In this document: positions 40,925 to 54,900 of the stretch, piece after piece | How positions within the stretch are numbered: the first letter of the stretch is position 1 | Layout of the letters: each line of letters opens with the position of its first letter | Source of the DNA: an uncultured Solirubrobacteraceae bacterium | GTDB taxonomy: Bacteria > Actinomycetota > Thermoleophilia > Solirubrobacterales > Solirubrobacteraceae | Reading direction: 5' to 3' | Assembly: GCA_963821655.1 (NCBI GenBank) | Contig: CAWGER010000004.1 | Location: 23,158-87,157, forward strand | DNA: 64,000 bases | The notes under the pieces: model-generated | What the model was told of the DNA's origin: nothing | The model's input: only the letters and a program-made list of their open reading frames with translations | The model's database searches: none | Made by a program: the position numbers and the translations under genes

Positions 40925-41596
40925 TCAGGGCTGCTCCATCGCCGCGTGGGCACTCCACAGCGCCTCTTCGACGTACAGCGCCGGGACGCCCGCCACCTGG
41001 ACGGCGAACAGCGTCAACCGCCGCGTTCGGTCGCTGGGCTCGTGGGATGGACCGATCGGGCCGAACAGGATCGCCAGGGCCGAGGAGGCGTCCGCGATGA
41101 CCAGCCGGCCGGCCGACACCTCCGGGGCATCGGGGGAGCGGCCGAGCCGCTCGCCCTCGCGGCTCGGGCGGATGCCGAGCGGACCGTCCACGGACTCGGC
41201 ATCGAGCGCCCACACGGCCACGCCCGTGTCCACCAGCGCGATCAGCAGCGCGTCCCGCAGCAGGCCACCCGGGAGGAAGCCCCCGCGAAACATCCGCTCG
41301 AGCACCACCGCCTCGATCGGCGTGCGCGCGATGTCCGGGTCGAGGCCGATGTGACGAAAGAACACCCGGTAGGCCGCGGGAACGGGTTCGCGGCGGACAT
41401 TCACCGCACGGGCGCCGCGAAACCTGTTGGACAGGTCGCGCAGGCGCTCTCGAATCTCCCGGGGCGAGTCGCCGGTGACCGGGCGCTTGCGGGCGATGAG
41501 CGCCTCGACGAGCAGGACTCGAAGCTCCGGCAGCTCTTCCTCGACCTCACGCGCACACCACCCGACGACCGGCTCGAACCCGCCGGAGGGGCTCAT
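40925..41596 (-). CDS. B3/4 (PheT-related) domain protein
   Basis: VPAAYRVFFRHIGLDP..RTPIEA..R, DAESVDGPL.IR, LVIADA. Confidence 0.7.
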   Translation of the reverse strand: MSPSGGFEPVVGWCAREVEEELPELRVLLVEALIARKRPVTGDSPREIRERLRDLSNRFRGARAVNVRREPVPAAYRVFFRHIGLDPDIARTPIEAVVLERMFRGGFLPGGLLRDALLIALVDTGVAVWALDAESVDGPLGIRPSREGERLGRSPDAPEVSAGRLVIADASSALAILFGPIGPSHEPSDRTRRLTLFAVQVAGVPALYVEEALWSAHAAMEQP

Positions 41597-42252
41597 GCGC
41601 CGGAGCCCCTCCACCCCCGCGCGCGCGACGCCGCCACCAGCTCGCTCAGGCGCGCGCGCAGCGCCGAGGGCGTGGGGCGCGTGAGCAGCGCGGCGCCCTG
41701 CACCACCCCCCCGGGATACGCGAACGTCACCTGCGGACAGCTCGCCACGTTGTAGATCTCCGCCACCGCGCCGTCGCGGTCGATGCCCACGGGCATGGTC
41801 AGATGTCGCGATTGCACCAGCCGGCGCAGCCGAGCGCGGTCGCCTTTGATCGCGACCGCAGCGAACTGCACGCCGGGGAAGGAGGGCGCGAGCGACTGCA
41901 GGTCGCTGAGTATCTCGGGGCACGAGCCGCCGTCGACGAACAGCACGAGCACCACCGGTCCACGTTCGTAGAGCTGGCATACGTTCAGCAGCTGCGGTCC
42001 GCGTACGGTGCAGGCGGGCACTCGTCCCGCCGCGCCGTCATCGGTGCGCGTGGCGACGTTGGCGTCGCCACGCAGATCTCCCACGGCAAGCGGCACTGCG
42101 AACGCCGGCAGCCGCCGACCCGGCTGGATGCTCGTGACGAGGTCCGATTTGTTCAACACCGCGTGGATCGCCACCACCGCGAATATCACGAGCGCCAGCA
42201 GGGCGAAGTAGCGACCGTACCGCTGGCCGGGCGCCGGCTCAGGCCGGCTCAT
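41593..42252 (-). CDS. Membrane-anchored thioredoxin/TlpA-like protein lacking CXXC
   Basis: N-terminal TM; PVVLVLF...GGSCPE...GIDRDGAVAEIYNVASCPQVTF. Confidence 0.65.
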   Translation of the reverse strand: MSRPEPAPGQRYGRYFALLALVIFAVVAIHAVLNKSDLVTSIQPGRRLPAFAVPLAVGDLRGDANVATRTDDGAAGRVPACTVRGPQLLNVCQLYERGPVVLVLFVDGGSCPEILSDLQSLAPSFPGVQFAAVAIKGDRARLRRLVQSRHLTMPVGIDRDGAVAEIYNVASCPQVTFAYPGGVVQGAALLTRPTPSALRARLSELVAASRARGWRGSGA

Positions 42253-44953
42253 GGCCCGACCCAGGCCGTCGGCGCAAGACGCCCGTCAGGGCGGCGACCG
42301 CCTCGCTCAGGCCATGGCGCAGCCGCACCGGCTGCGAGCGTTCGGCGATCACGAGCGCCGCGGGCAACGCGATCAGCACGCCGATCAGCGACACGCTCAG
42401 ATCGATCAGCGTCACCAGACCGAAGTCGCGGAGCATCCTGATGTCTGAGAGCGCCAGCACGCCGAAGCCCGCGATCGCCGTCACCCCCGACGCCGTGACC
42501 GCGGCACCCGTGTGACGGTAGCTGCGGCGCAGCGCCTGCACCGTGTCGTGGCCCGCCAGCCGCTCCTGGCGGTGGCGCTCTGACAGCAGCACGCTGAACT
42601 CGGTCGAGATCGCGATCACCAGGGCACCCAGCGTGACGGACATTGGATTGAGGGGAACCCGCACGACGAACAGGATCAGTGCGGACCAGCCCGTCGCGAG
42701 GACGATCGGCACGAGCGGCGCGAGCGCGCGTCGGCGATCGCCGCGGAAGGCGATCAGCAGCACAAGCCCCACCGCCAACAGCCCGGCGATGAGCGTCTCG
42801 ATGCGTTTCCACGGAGAGGACACCTGCGCTCCGGACTTGGCCGCCAGCACGGGCAGTCCGACGAGCTGCGCGCTCACCCCCGCGGGTGGGTGCAGGCCGG
42901 AGCGCATCGCATCGATCAGCTGCTGCTGCTGATCGAGCCCCATCAACCGGATCCCGAACGCCAGCGTGGCCACCCGCCGATCGGCGGTGATCACGTCCTG
43001 GGAGAAGTACGGCGGGATGACGCCGAGCAGGCCGCTCACGACCGCCTGCGTCAGCTTGGCCGGTTTGGCCGAGGTGGTGGGCTGACCTTCGGCGGCCTGT
43101 TCCTGGAACAGGTCGGTAAGCGAGAAGGCCGGGCACAGCCGCGCCTTCCCGCAGCCTCTCGTCGAGCTGTAGCCGAAGCGTTTGAGCACTGCGCTCTCAT
43201 ACGAGCGCATCCATTCGATCGTCGCCGGCTTGGCCAGGTCCTTCGCGCGCACCATCAGGTCGATTTCGCCGCCCACGCCCGTCGTCCGCTCGAGCGCGTT
43301 GAGGCTCTGCAGCGAGCTCAGGTTCTGGGGCACCAGCTTGGTGATGTCGGTCTCCACCCTCGTCTGCGTGTCGAGTCCCCACCCGAGCGCCGCCAGCGCC
43401 AGTCCCACGCCCAGCACCCGCGCCGGGTGGCGCACGGCCACGACCAGCGCGACCCTCGAGACGAAGCGATTGACGGGATTGTCGAGCAGGAGCTCGCGCG
43501 CACCCCGCCACGCGGCTGCAAGCGGTCCACCCGCAGGCACGCGCGCGCGGGCCAAGCGTGCCTGCCCGGCACCCCCGACGAGCACGAGCGCCGCCGCACC
43601 CGCGGTGAACGCGCACAGCAGCGCAATGCCCACCCCCACAGCGAGCAGCACCCCGAAACCGCGGACCATCGGCACGGGCGAGAGCGTCAGCACGAGTATC
43701 GCCGCGGCACTGGCAGCCGCGGCCGTCGCGAGCGTGGGACCACCGAGCGCTGCCGTGCGCACGACGACGACCCCCGGCTCGTCGCTCTGATCCCGCGCGC
43801 GGGCCTCCTCCACGCGCGACTGGAACTGGATCGCGTAATCCACCGCAAGCCCCACGAGCACCGGCAGCACGGCGATCGAGGCCATCGTCAACGATGCGCC
43901 CACGAGCGACAGCGCGCCGAATGTGAGCGCGGCGGCGAGCAGGGCAATGCCGAGCGGCAGCAGCCGTGGGCGCCCGGAGAAGATCAGCCCGAGGGTTCCC
44001 GCCATCACCAGCAGCACGGCCACGAGCAGCAGCTCGATCGAGTGGGTGATCGAGCTGTTCAGATCGGAGACGATCACCGGCTCGCCCGTCAGCAGATAGG
44101 ACTCCCCGTGCTGCAGGCGCCACTGGGGCATCGCCACCGCCCGGCGGATCAGCCCGATCGTGTGCGTGCGCGCGCCTTCTGAGAGCCCGGCCTTCAGCCG
44201 CACCGACACCAGCGCCGCGTTCGGGCTGGGAAACAGGTAGGCAAAGCGCGCCTTTGGCGTGCCCGCCGGCTTGGCCGGATCGAACACGAGCGTCGAGAGG
44301 AAGTTGGGGTCGGCCACGCTGGGGCGTGCCGTCAGTCCGTACTGGAGCGCGAGCTTGGCCAGGTACTCCTGAAAGCGTCCCAGGGTGACCTTGCTCGCCT
44401 GGCGGGCGAGCGTGTCGGCTTCGGCGGCCCCCAGTCCGCGCGCCAGGGCGGCCTTGTGCACGACCTCCTCGGCCTGCTTGGCCTGGGCTTCGGCCTGTTT
44501 GGTCTGCACGGTGAGCTGTTCGTTGATCTGACTTGCCGCCTCGCTGACGAACGTGCCGGGACCGAACACCACCTTCACCGTGTGCGCACGCGCCAGCTGT
44601 CCGCACGGCCCGTTCAGCCCGCCCTCGTTGGACAGCGCGCTCGTCGGAACGTTGCCCGACAGGCACCCCTCGAGCCCCACCAGGCGCAGGATGTCCGAGC
44701 TCAGCACGAGCTGCTGCAGATTGCCCTTGACCAGCACCTCCACAGGCTCTTCCCCGAAGCTCTTGTAGAAGCGCTGGGTGGCCTTGTACGACGGACTCGA
44801 GCTCGACACGAACGTGTCCGCCGCCGCCGTCGGATGCAGGCGCAGCGCGAGCGCCCCCCCTCCCAGTCCCAGCACGATCGCAACCGCGATGATCAGGCGC
44901 GGCCGACGCGCCGCACCGCGCGCCAAGGCAGAGAGCAACTTGGCTGTTGTCAC
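42239..44953 (-). CDS. MMPL/RND family transporter
   Basis: Two-repeat topology, GLAVDYAIQF..R..E, ISTEFSVLL, DFGL. Confidence 0.88.
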   Translation of the reverse strand: MTTAKLLSALARGAARRPRLIIAVAIVLGLGGGALALRLHPTAAADTFVSSSSPSYKATQRFYKSFGEEPVEVLVKGNLQQLVLSSDILRLVGLEGCLSGNVPTSALSNEGGLNGPCGQLARAHTVKVVFGPGTFVSEAASQINEQLTVQTKQAEAQAKQAEEVVHKAALARGLGAAEADTLARQASKVTLGRFQEYLAKLALQYGLTARPSVADPNFLSTLVFDPAKPAGTPKARFAYLFPSPNAALVSVRLKAGLSEGARTHTIGLIRRAVAMPQWRLQHGESYLLTGEPVIVSDLNSSITHSIELLLVAVLLVMAGTLGLIFSGRPRLLPLGIALLAAALTFGALSLVGASLTMASIAVLPVLVGLAVDYAIQFQSRVEEARARDQSDEPGVVVVRTAALGGPTLATAAAASAAAILVLTLSPVPMVRGFGVLLAVGVGIALLCAFTAGAAALVLVGGAGQARLARARVPAGGPLAAAWRGARELLLDNPVNRFVSRVALVVAVRHPARVLGVGLALAALGWGLDTQTRVETDITKLVPQNLSSLQSLNALERTTGVGGEIDLMVRAKDLAKPATIEWMRSYESAVLKRFGYSSTRGCGKARLCPAFSLTDLFQEQAAEGQPTTSAKPAKLTQAVVSGLLGVIPPYFSQDVITADRRVATLAFGIRLMGLDQQQQLIDAMRSGLHPPAGVSAQLVGLPVLAAKSGAQVSSPWKRIETLIAGLLAVGLVLLIAFRGDRRRALAPLVPIVLATGWSALILFVVRVPLNPMSVTLGALVIAISTEFSVLLSERHRQERLAGHDTVQALRRSYRHTGAAVTASGVTAIAGFGVLALSDIRMLRDFGLVTLIDLSVSLIGVLIALPAALVIAERSQPVRLRHGLSEAVAALTGVLRRRPGSGHEPA

Positions 44954-45019
44954 GGAGAGAGGCTAGTCGGTAGACCCATCAGCACGAGCCGCTACCAACG
45001 CACGAGACACCGTCGGGAG

Positions 45020-45997
45020 CTAGTCCATGCCGAGCGGGCCGGCAGATTCGCCGGAGAGGAACTGGCGCACGAACGGGTTCTCCGAGGCGAACAGCTCGGC
45101 CGCCGGACCGGATTCGACGATTCGACCCTTCCAAAGGACGGAGATGTGCTCGGCCACGCGCCGCGCGCTTCTGATGTCGTGGGTGATCACGACATAGCAC
45201 CCGCCGTGCTCGGCGTGAACCTCCTTGATCAGCTCGCACAGAAGCGCCGTGCGCACCGGGTCAAGCCCCGAGTCGGGCTCGTCGAACAGCACGATTTCGG
45301 GTTCGAGCACGAGCGCGCGCGCGAACCCCGCGCGCTTGCGCATCCCGCCGGAGAGCTCGCTGGGCATCTTCTGGCCCGCTCCCAACAGGCCGACCTCGCG
45401 CAGGCGCCTGTTGACTATTTCGGCTATCTCGTCCTCGCCCTTCTCGGTGTGCTGGCGCAACGGAAAGGCGACGTTGTCGTACAGGGTCAGCGAGCCGAAC
45501 AGCGCGCCGTCCTGGAACAGCACGCCGAATTTCCTGCGCATCGCAAACAACTCCTGATCAGACAGGCTCGGCACCGAGACCCCGTGCACGAGCACGTCGC
45601 CCTCATCGGGGTAGAGCAGGCCGATGATGTGCTTGATGCACACCGACTTGCCGGTTCCCGACGGGCCGATGATCATCGAGATCTGGTTCTCGGGCAGCCC
45701 CATGTTCAGCCCGCGCAGCACGTGGTTGCGCCCGAACGACTTGTGCACGTCGATGAACTCGATCGCGTCGGGCTCCTTCGACGGGCGGATGGTGCCCGTG
45801 TGGTAGCGGAACTCCTCGCCCTCTTCGCCCGGGCGCTGCTCGGGCGCGAACGTGACTCCAGCCGTGGCCGGCTCGGGCTCGGGCTCGGACGTCACTTCCG
45901 CCGTCGTGGACTCGGGCTGGGAAGCGGGCTCGTGCTCGGGCGCGGTCTCGTGGTCGGGCTCTGACGCCTCTGGGGATCGATCCTCGGTCACGCTCAT
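45020..45997 (-). CDS. ABC ATP-binding protein, MlaF/Mkl-like
   Basis: GPSGTGKS, FQDGALFGSL, LSGGMRKRAGFARAL, DEPDSGLDP. Confidence 0.9.
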   Translation of the reverse strand: MSVTEDRSPEASEPDHETAPEHEPASQPESTTAEVTSEPEPEPATAGVTFAPEQRPGEEGEEFRYHTGTIRPSKEPDAIEFIDVHKSFGRNHVLRGLNMGLPENQISMIIGPSGTGKSVCIKHIIGLLYPDEGDVLVHGVSVPSLSDQELFAMRRKFGVLFQDGALFGSLTLYDNVAFPLRQHTEKGEDEIAEIVNRRLREVGLLGAGQKMPSELSGGMRKRAGFARALVLEPEIVLFDEPDSGLDPVRTALLCELIKEVHAEHGGCYVVITHDIRSARRVAEHISVLWKGRIVESGPAAELFASENPFVRQFLSGESAGPLGMD

Positions 45998-46795
45998 CCT
46001 CCGACTGGAGCTCGCGCGTTGCCACCCCAGAAGATCTGCGTGCCCATCATGCCGATGATGTGGATCAGCACCAGGTTGAGCACCATCGACTTGGCCGTGG
46101 CTCTGCCCACCCCCACTGGTCCCCCGCTGGCGTTATAGCCGTAGTAGCAGGCCACGAGCACGATCGCCGTGGCCATCGTCATCCCCTTGATGACGCTGTA
46201 TAAGAAGTCCAGGGGGTTCTGGAACTGCCAGAAGACGAGCAGGAACCCGCCCGAGGAGACATAGCCGAGCTGCTGGACGATCGCCAGGTAGGAGGCGAGG
46301 TAGGCCACGCCGATCGCGCCGATGTACATGAAGGGCAGCACGATCCAGGCGGCCAGCAGTCGCGTCGCGCACAGGAACAGCAGCGAGTTGACCCCCATCA
46401 CCTCGAGCGCGTCGATCTCCTCGGAGATGCGCATCGCGCCGAGCTCGGCCACGATGCCCGTTGCCGACCTTGGCGGCCATCATGTAGCCGAAGACGTAGG
46501 GAACCGCCTCGCGCAGGTTGCACCAAGCCGCATACACGCCCGAGTACGACGGCGCGTTGATCGACTGGTTGAAGTAGGCAGCCTCGATCCCGCAGGCGCC
46601 CAATCCGATCAGGAACGCAAGGCTCCAGATGACGAGCGTCGAGTAGATGATGAGGATGCCCGACTGTCGCAGCGTCTCGCCGAAGAAGCGAAGCACGCGC
46701 AGGCTGTACACGTCGCCTACGATGCGGCCGGCGAAGCGACCGATCTCGCCCGTGGAGGCGAGCAGTTCGCGAGGGACGGCAAAGAATTCGTTCAC
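45994..46795 (-). CDS. MlaE/YrbE family permease (frameshift near 46465)
   Basis: AAKVG / VAELGAMRISEEIDALEVMG, GGPVGVGRAT. Confidence 0.85.
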
Positions 46796-47599
46796 CTGAT
46801 CACCAGGATCTGCGGGTGGGTGGCGAGCAGCGTCTGGGTGAAGACGTAGTTGAAGGCGCCGATCCCGAGGAACGCGATCACGACCGCTTCATTGACCGCG
46901 CGCCCGACCCCCTCGGCGCCACCGGAGGCGCTCATGCCCTTGTAGCAGCACACGATCGAGATGATCGCCCCATACAGCACGGCCTTCAGCTCGGACCCCC
47001 ACAGGTCGGTGGTCGAGGAGCTTTCGAACAGCGTCGCCCAGAACGGCCCCAGCGTGCCGCCGTTCAAGAGCTCGGCGAGGATCCCGCCGAAGAGCCCGAA
47101 CAGCACGGCGTAGATGTTGAACAGCCCGGTCACGAGCATCAGCGCCAAAAAGCGCGGGACGACGAGGTTCTTGACCGGGTCGACGCCCGAGCACCTGCAG
47201 CGCGTCGAGCTCCTCGCGCACCTTGCGCGCGCCGAGGTCGGCGGTGATCGCCGTGCCGGCGACCCCCGCGATCACGATCGACGTGATGAACGGGCCGAGT
47301 TCGCGAACGACGATGACGATGAAGAACGCGCCGAGGCGGTCCAGACCGCCGATCAGGTTCAGGAAGTTGGCGGCCTGCAGCCCGGGCGCCCCGTAGTTGA
47401 TGGCGACGGTCGAGACCAGCAGCGGAAACCAGCACAGCCGCAGCGTGAAGAGGAACTGCGAGACGAGCTCCCCGCCGTACGGATAGGGGGGTCGCAGCGC
47501 AGAGGTGAGCGTCCTGCCAGTGAGGATCATCATGTCCCCGAATTCCTCGAGCACGTGCCTCACCGGCAGAAACGTCCGCTCGGCGGCACTGCGAACCAT
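46792..47599 (-). CDS. MlaE/YrbE family permease (frameshift near 47185)
   Basis: RELGP, AITADLGARKVREELDALQVLG, GGAEGVGRAVN; RBS ggagg. Confidence 0.85.
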
Positions 47600-47777
47600 T
47601 CTCCCTGTCCTCCTCCGGTCGCGATCGGTGGTCTGGCGAACTCTACGCCATGCTTCTCCGGCGTGCCACCCACCATCGGCGCACGGGCCCGCGGCACCTG
47701 CACGGCGCGTCACCCCCGCTGGTATCGTGGCCCGAATCGTGTGGGGGAGGCCTGTCTTTCCGGTGGTCCCGCGTGGC

Positions 47778-48497
47778 GTGATCGCGCGCCGCGCGCTCCG
47801 CGCACGCGGCGCTCTCTCGGCGACGGCGGGCACCCTTCTGGTGGCGGCGGGCACCCTCCTCGCGAGCGGGTGCGGCGGCGCTGCGCGCCAGGACGCGCAA
47901 GAACCCAAGCGCACGGTCAGGCTGGACGTCGTGCACGCGAGCTTCCCGCACCTGCAGTCGATCGCGCGGCCCACCAAGCTCGAACTGCTGGTGCACAACG
48001 CCGGCACCAGCACCGCGCCGAACGTGGCGGTCACCGTGGACTCCTTCGAATACGCCGAAAAATTCCCCGAACTGGCCGCTGACAAACGGCCGATCTGGGT
48101 TATCGACGCCGGCCCCGGGGACATCTCCCACGCGGCGCGGACCGCAGTGGTCAGCCCCGCCGGGGGCGGGCAGACGGCATACGTCAACACCTGGGCCCTC
48201 GGCCCGCTCGCGCCCGGAGCCACGCGGACGTTCCGCTGGGTGGTCGCACCGGTGAAGGCCGGTGCTCACACCGTCCACTACACGATCGCCGCCGGGCTCG
48301 CCGGCAAGGCCAAGGCCGTGAGCGCCTCCGGCGGCGCGGTGCACGGAGTGTTCAATGTCTACGTCACCAAGGCCCCACCGCTAACGCACGTGGATCCGAA
48401 CACCGGCGAGGTCGTGCCCGGCCCCTACCCGTTGCCGACCACGACCCCGAGGCACCCGTTGAGGGCGAAAGTCGGGGCCAGCCGCTCAAGCCAATAG
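47778..48497 (+). CDS. Putative lipoprotein
   Basis: Lipobox LASGC; Ig-like beta-rich body. The start is uncertain. Confidence 0.65.
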   Translation: MIARRALRARGALSATAGTLLVAAGTLLASGCGGAARQDAQEPKRTVRLDVVHASFPHLQSIARPTKLELLVHNAGTSTAPNVAVTVDSFEYAEKFPELAADKRPIWVIDAGPGDISHAARTAVVSPAGGGQTAYVNTWALGPLAPGATRTFRWVVAPVKAGAHTVHYTIAAGLAGKAKAVSASGGAVHGVFNVYVTKAPPLTHVDPNTGEVVPGPYPLPTTTPRHPLRAKVGASRSSQ

Positions 48498-48729
48498 CCC
48501 CCTGCACGCTCCGACGTCGGGCCCTCGAGCGGCTTTGGCCCGGTGTCGAAAGATCCTCCCATCGATTTCGCCAGGCGGTGATGCTTTTTGATGGGGTTGG
48601 GACTACGATTGCGTTCGGCCCTTCCGCGCCCGACGGGCACCAGCCCGCCGGGCCCGATCGGGGACCCCGGCACTCGCGCCGGGGCGGCCAGTGCCCCCAC
48701 CCTTTCTCCAGGAGGAATCGATCCCACTC

Positions 48730-50889
<2,160 letters not shown>

Positions 50890-50910
50890 GCGCTCGCAGG
50901 ACCGTAACTC

Positions 50911-50943
50911 GCAAAAAGCCCCGCCGGTAGCGGGGCTTTTTGC
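50911..50943. terminator. Bidirectional intrinsic terminator
   Basis: GCAAAAAGCCCCGC-cggta-GCGGGGCTTTTTGC perfect inverted repeat after glnA. Confidence 0.9.
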
Positions 50944-51085
50944 GGCCGAGACAAGCTTGCCGGGCTGCCACCCGGAGGGGTCCCAAGGGCGGCAACCCGG
51001 CGCGACCTCACCCTACCTTCGCAGACGAGGGGCGTTTATGAGAAAACGCTCAGAAAGGGCTGGGCGCGCAGCGTCCACTTAACGC

Positions 51086-51117
51086 ACCTCGGCCGCCGGT
51101 TGCCCGGCGGCCGAGGT
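51086..51117 (-). terminator. GC-rich hairpin downstream of the collagen-like gene
   Basis: ACCTCGGCCGCCGG-ttgc-CCGGCGGCCGAGGT. Confidence 0.55.
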
Positions 51118-51166
51118 ACCTCACAGTTGCGGCGGAGCTAACCCGCCGCTGGTGTCAGACCCGCGA

Positions 51167-53174
<2,008 letters not shown>

Positions 53175-53609
53175 CTAGCGCTCTCCTGACGTAGTCGTCC
53201 CTGCTTGGTCAGTGCTTGGCGGCCGAGTCCCGCGTCGCGAAGTTGCTCCTCAGTGCCTCCCGCTGTCGTGAATCGATCGCCCCTGCAAGACGAGTTGCAA
53301 GTAGTGAGAATGCACGCTCACTCGGCAATGTCCAGGGGCCCTGGACGAACGACTTAGATATCGCCCTAAAGGCCATACACGCGTGTCGGTCGGGGTGTCC
53401 GTCGACCTGCCCGAATCGGGCAGGTCGTGTCGTACTGAAGGCCTACAGGCCGCCGAGGCCGCGCTCCGGATGCCCGCGGCGGGCGCTTCGGTAGCCGAGC
53501 CACTTGAGGCCTGAAGGCGCTGCAGCGGACATGGCCATATCATGCGCGGCGGCCTGCGGAGCAGAGCCTGACATCCACTTGTGGGTATTGCGAGATAGGG
53601 GTCGGGACT

Positions 53610-54846
53610 ATGAGAGCGAGCGCGTTGAGACGGAGGGGACGAGGAGTCCTGCTGGTAGCCGCGGTCGTGCTCGTTGCGATCGTCGTGAGACCAACCGGCA
53701 TTGCCGTCGCTGCATCGACCGCGCGCGACACCCTCACGGGCTCGCCGGTGAGCGTCGCAGCCGATACAGCGCCTCCAACGGTCACATTGGACCAGCCGAA
53801 GACGCCTTCCAAGGAAACGAGGCCGTTGTTCACGGGATCCGCGAGCGATACGACCAAGGAAGTCACCGTCCAGATCTACGCGGGCGCGACGGCAACGGGC
53901 TCGCCCGTGTCCATGGCCACGGCGAAAGTAAGCAGCGGCCACCGCTGGCGCTCACGGAAACCTAACCCAGCCCTGTCAAACGGACGGTACACGGCGACGG
54001 CGACCCAGGTCGCGTCCGGAGGCGAGGAAGGCAAGAGCCCGCCTGTCAGCGTTCATCGTTGATACGACGCCTCCAGTGGTCACCCTGACCTTTCCTCTCA
54101 GCGGCAGCTCCGCGAGCAGCGAATCGCAGTTGGTCGAAGGATCTGCGGGCACGGCGGAAGGCGACATGCCGGGAATCACGATCAGGTTGTTCGCAGGCTC
54201 GACGGTTGGGGCCCAATCTGTCCAGGAACTCACGGTCCAAGCCGCTAACGGAGCCTGGACGGCCACCTTCGCCGCGTTGAGCCCGGGCACCTACACGGCA
54301 CGGGCTGAACAACTCGACGAAGCCGGCAACACCGGTACGAGCCAACCCGCGATCTTCACGGTCACGACTCCGACGGACCTCACACCTCCGTCGGTGATCA
54401 CGCCGGCGCTCCCCGTCGCCGCGGTAGCTCTCCGCGATTCGCCGGGCGACGATCACGCCGGCCAGCCAGGGCGTCTCTCATGCAGCCGTTTCCGATCGTG
54501 CGGTTCGCCGGCACCCAGACTGCCTCCGGGGTCAGGCTCAGGCTGCTCATGGTGCAGCAGCTGCCGGCAGGGGCGCGGATCGCGGTGAGGTGCAGGGGTC
54601 GTGGCTGTCCGCTCAGAGTCTGCGGGACGACTGACGGTATCGGGCAAGCGGGGAGTCGCCCCGGTGGAATTCCGGGGGTTCGAGCGCTTCCTGCGCTCGG
54701 GCATCACCCTCGAAGTCCTGATCTCCAAGCCAGGCCTGATCGGGGAGTACACGCGTTTTGCGATCCGGCGCGGCAAGCTGCCACAGCGCGTCGACATGTG
54801 CCTGGATCCGGCGGCGGTCAAGCCGCTGGTGTGCCCGTCCTCATAG
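53610..54846 (+). CDS. Secreted protein with two bacterial Ig-like repeats (about 3 frameshifts)
   Basis: Signal peptide; DTAPPTVTL...YTATATQ and DTTPPVVTL...YTARAEQLDEAGN; Cys-containing C-terminal domain ending CLDP..CPSS. Confidence 0.65.
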
Positions 54847-54900
54847 CGCGCGCGCATTCGCACGGCGATGGCGGCGAATGATCCTGGCTAGCATGACCGC

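Noticed and set aside
48500-48729. glnA leader as a glutamine riboswitch
   Set aside because: GC-rich hairpins are present, but I could not match them to the glnA RNA motif consensus.
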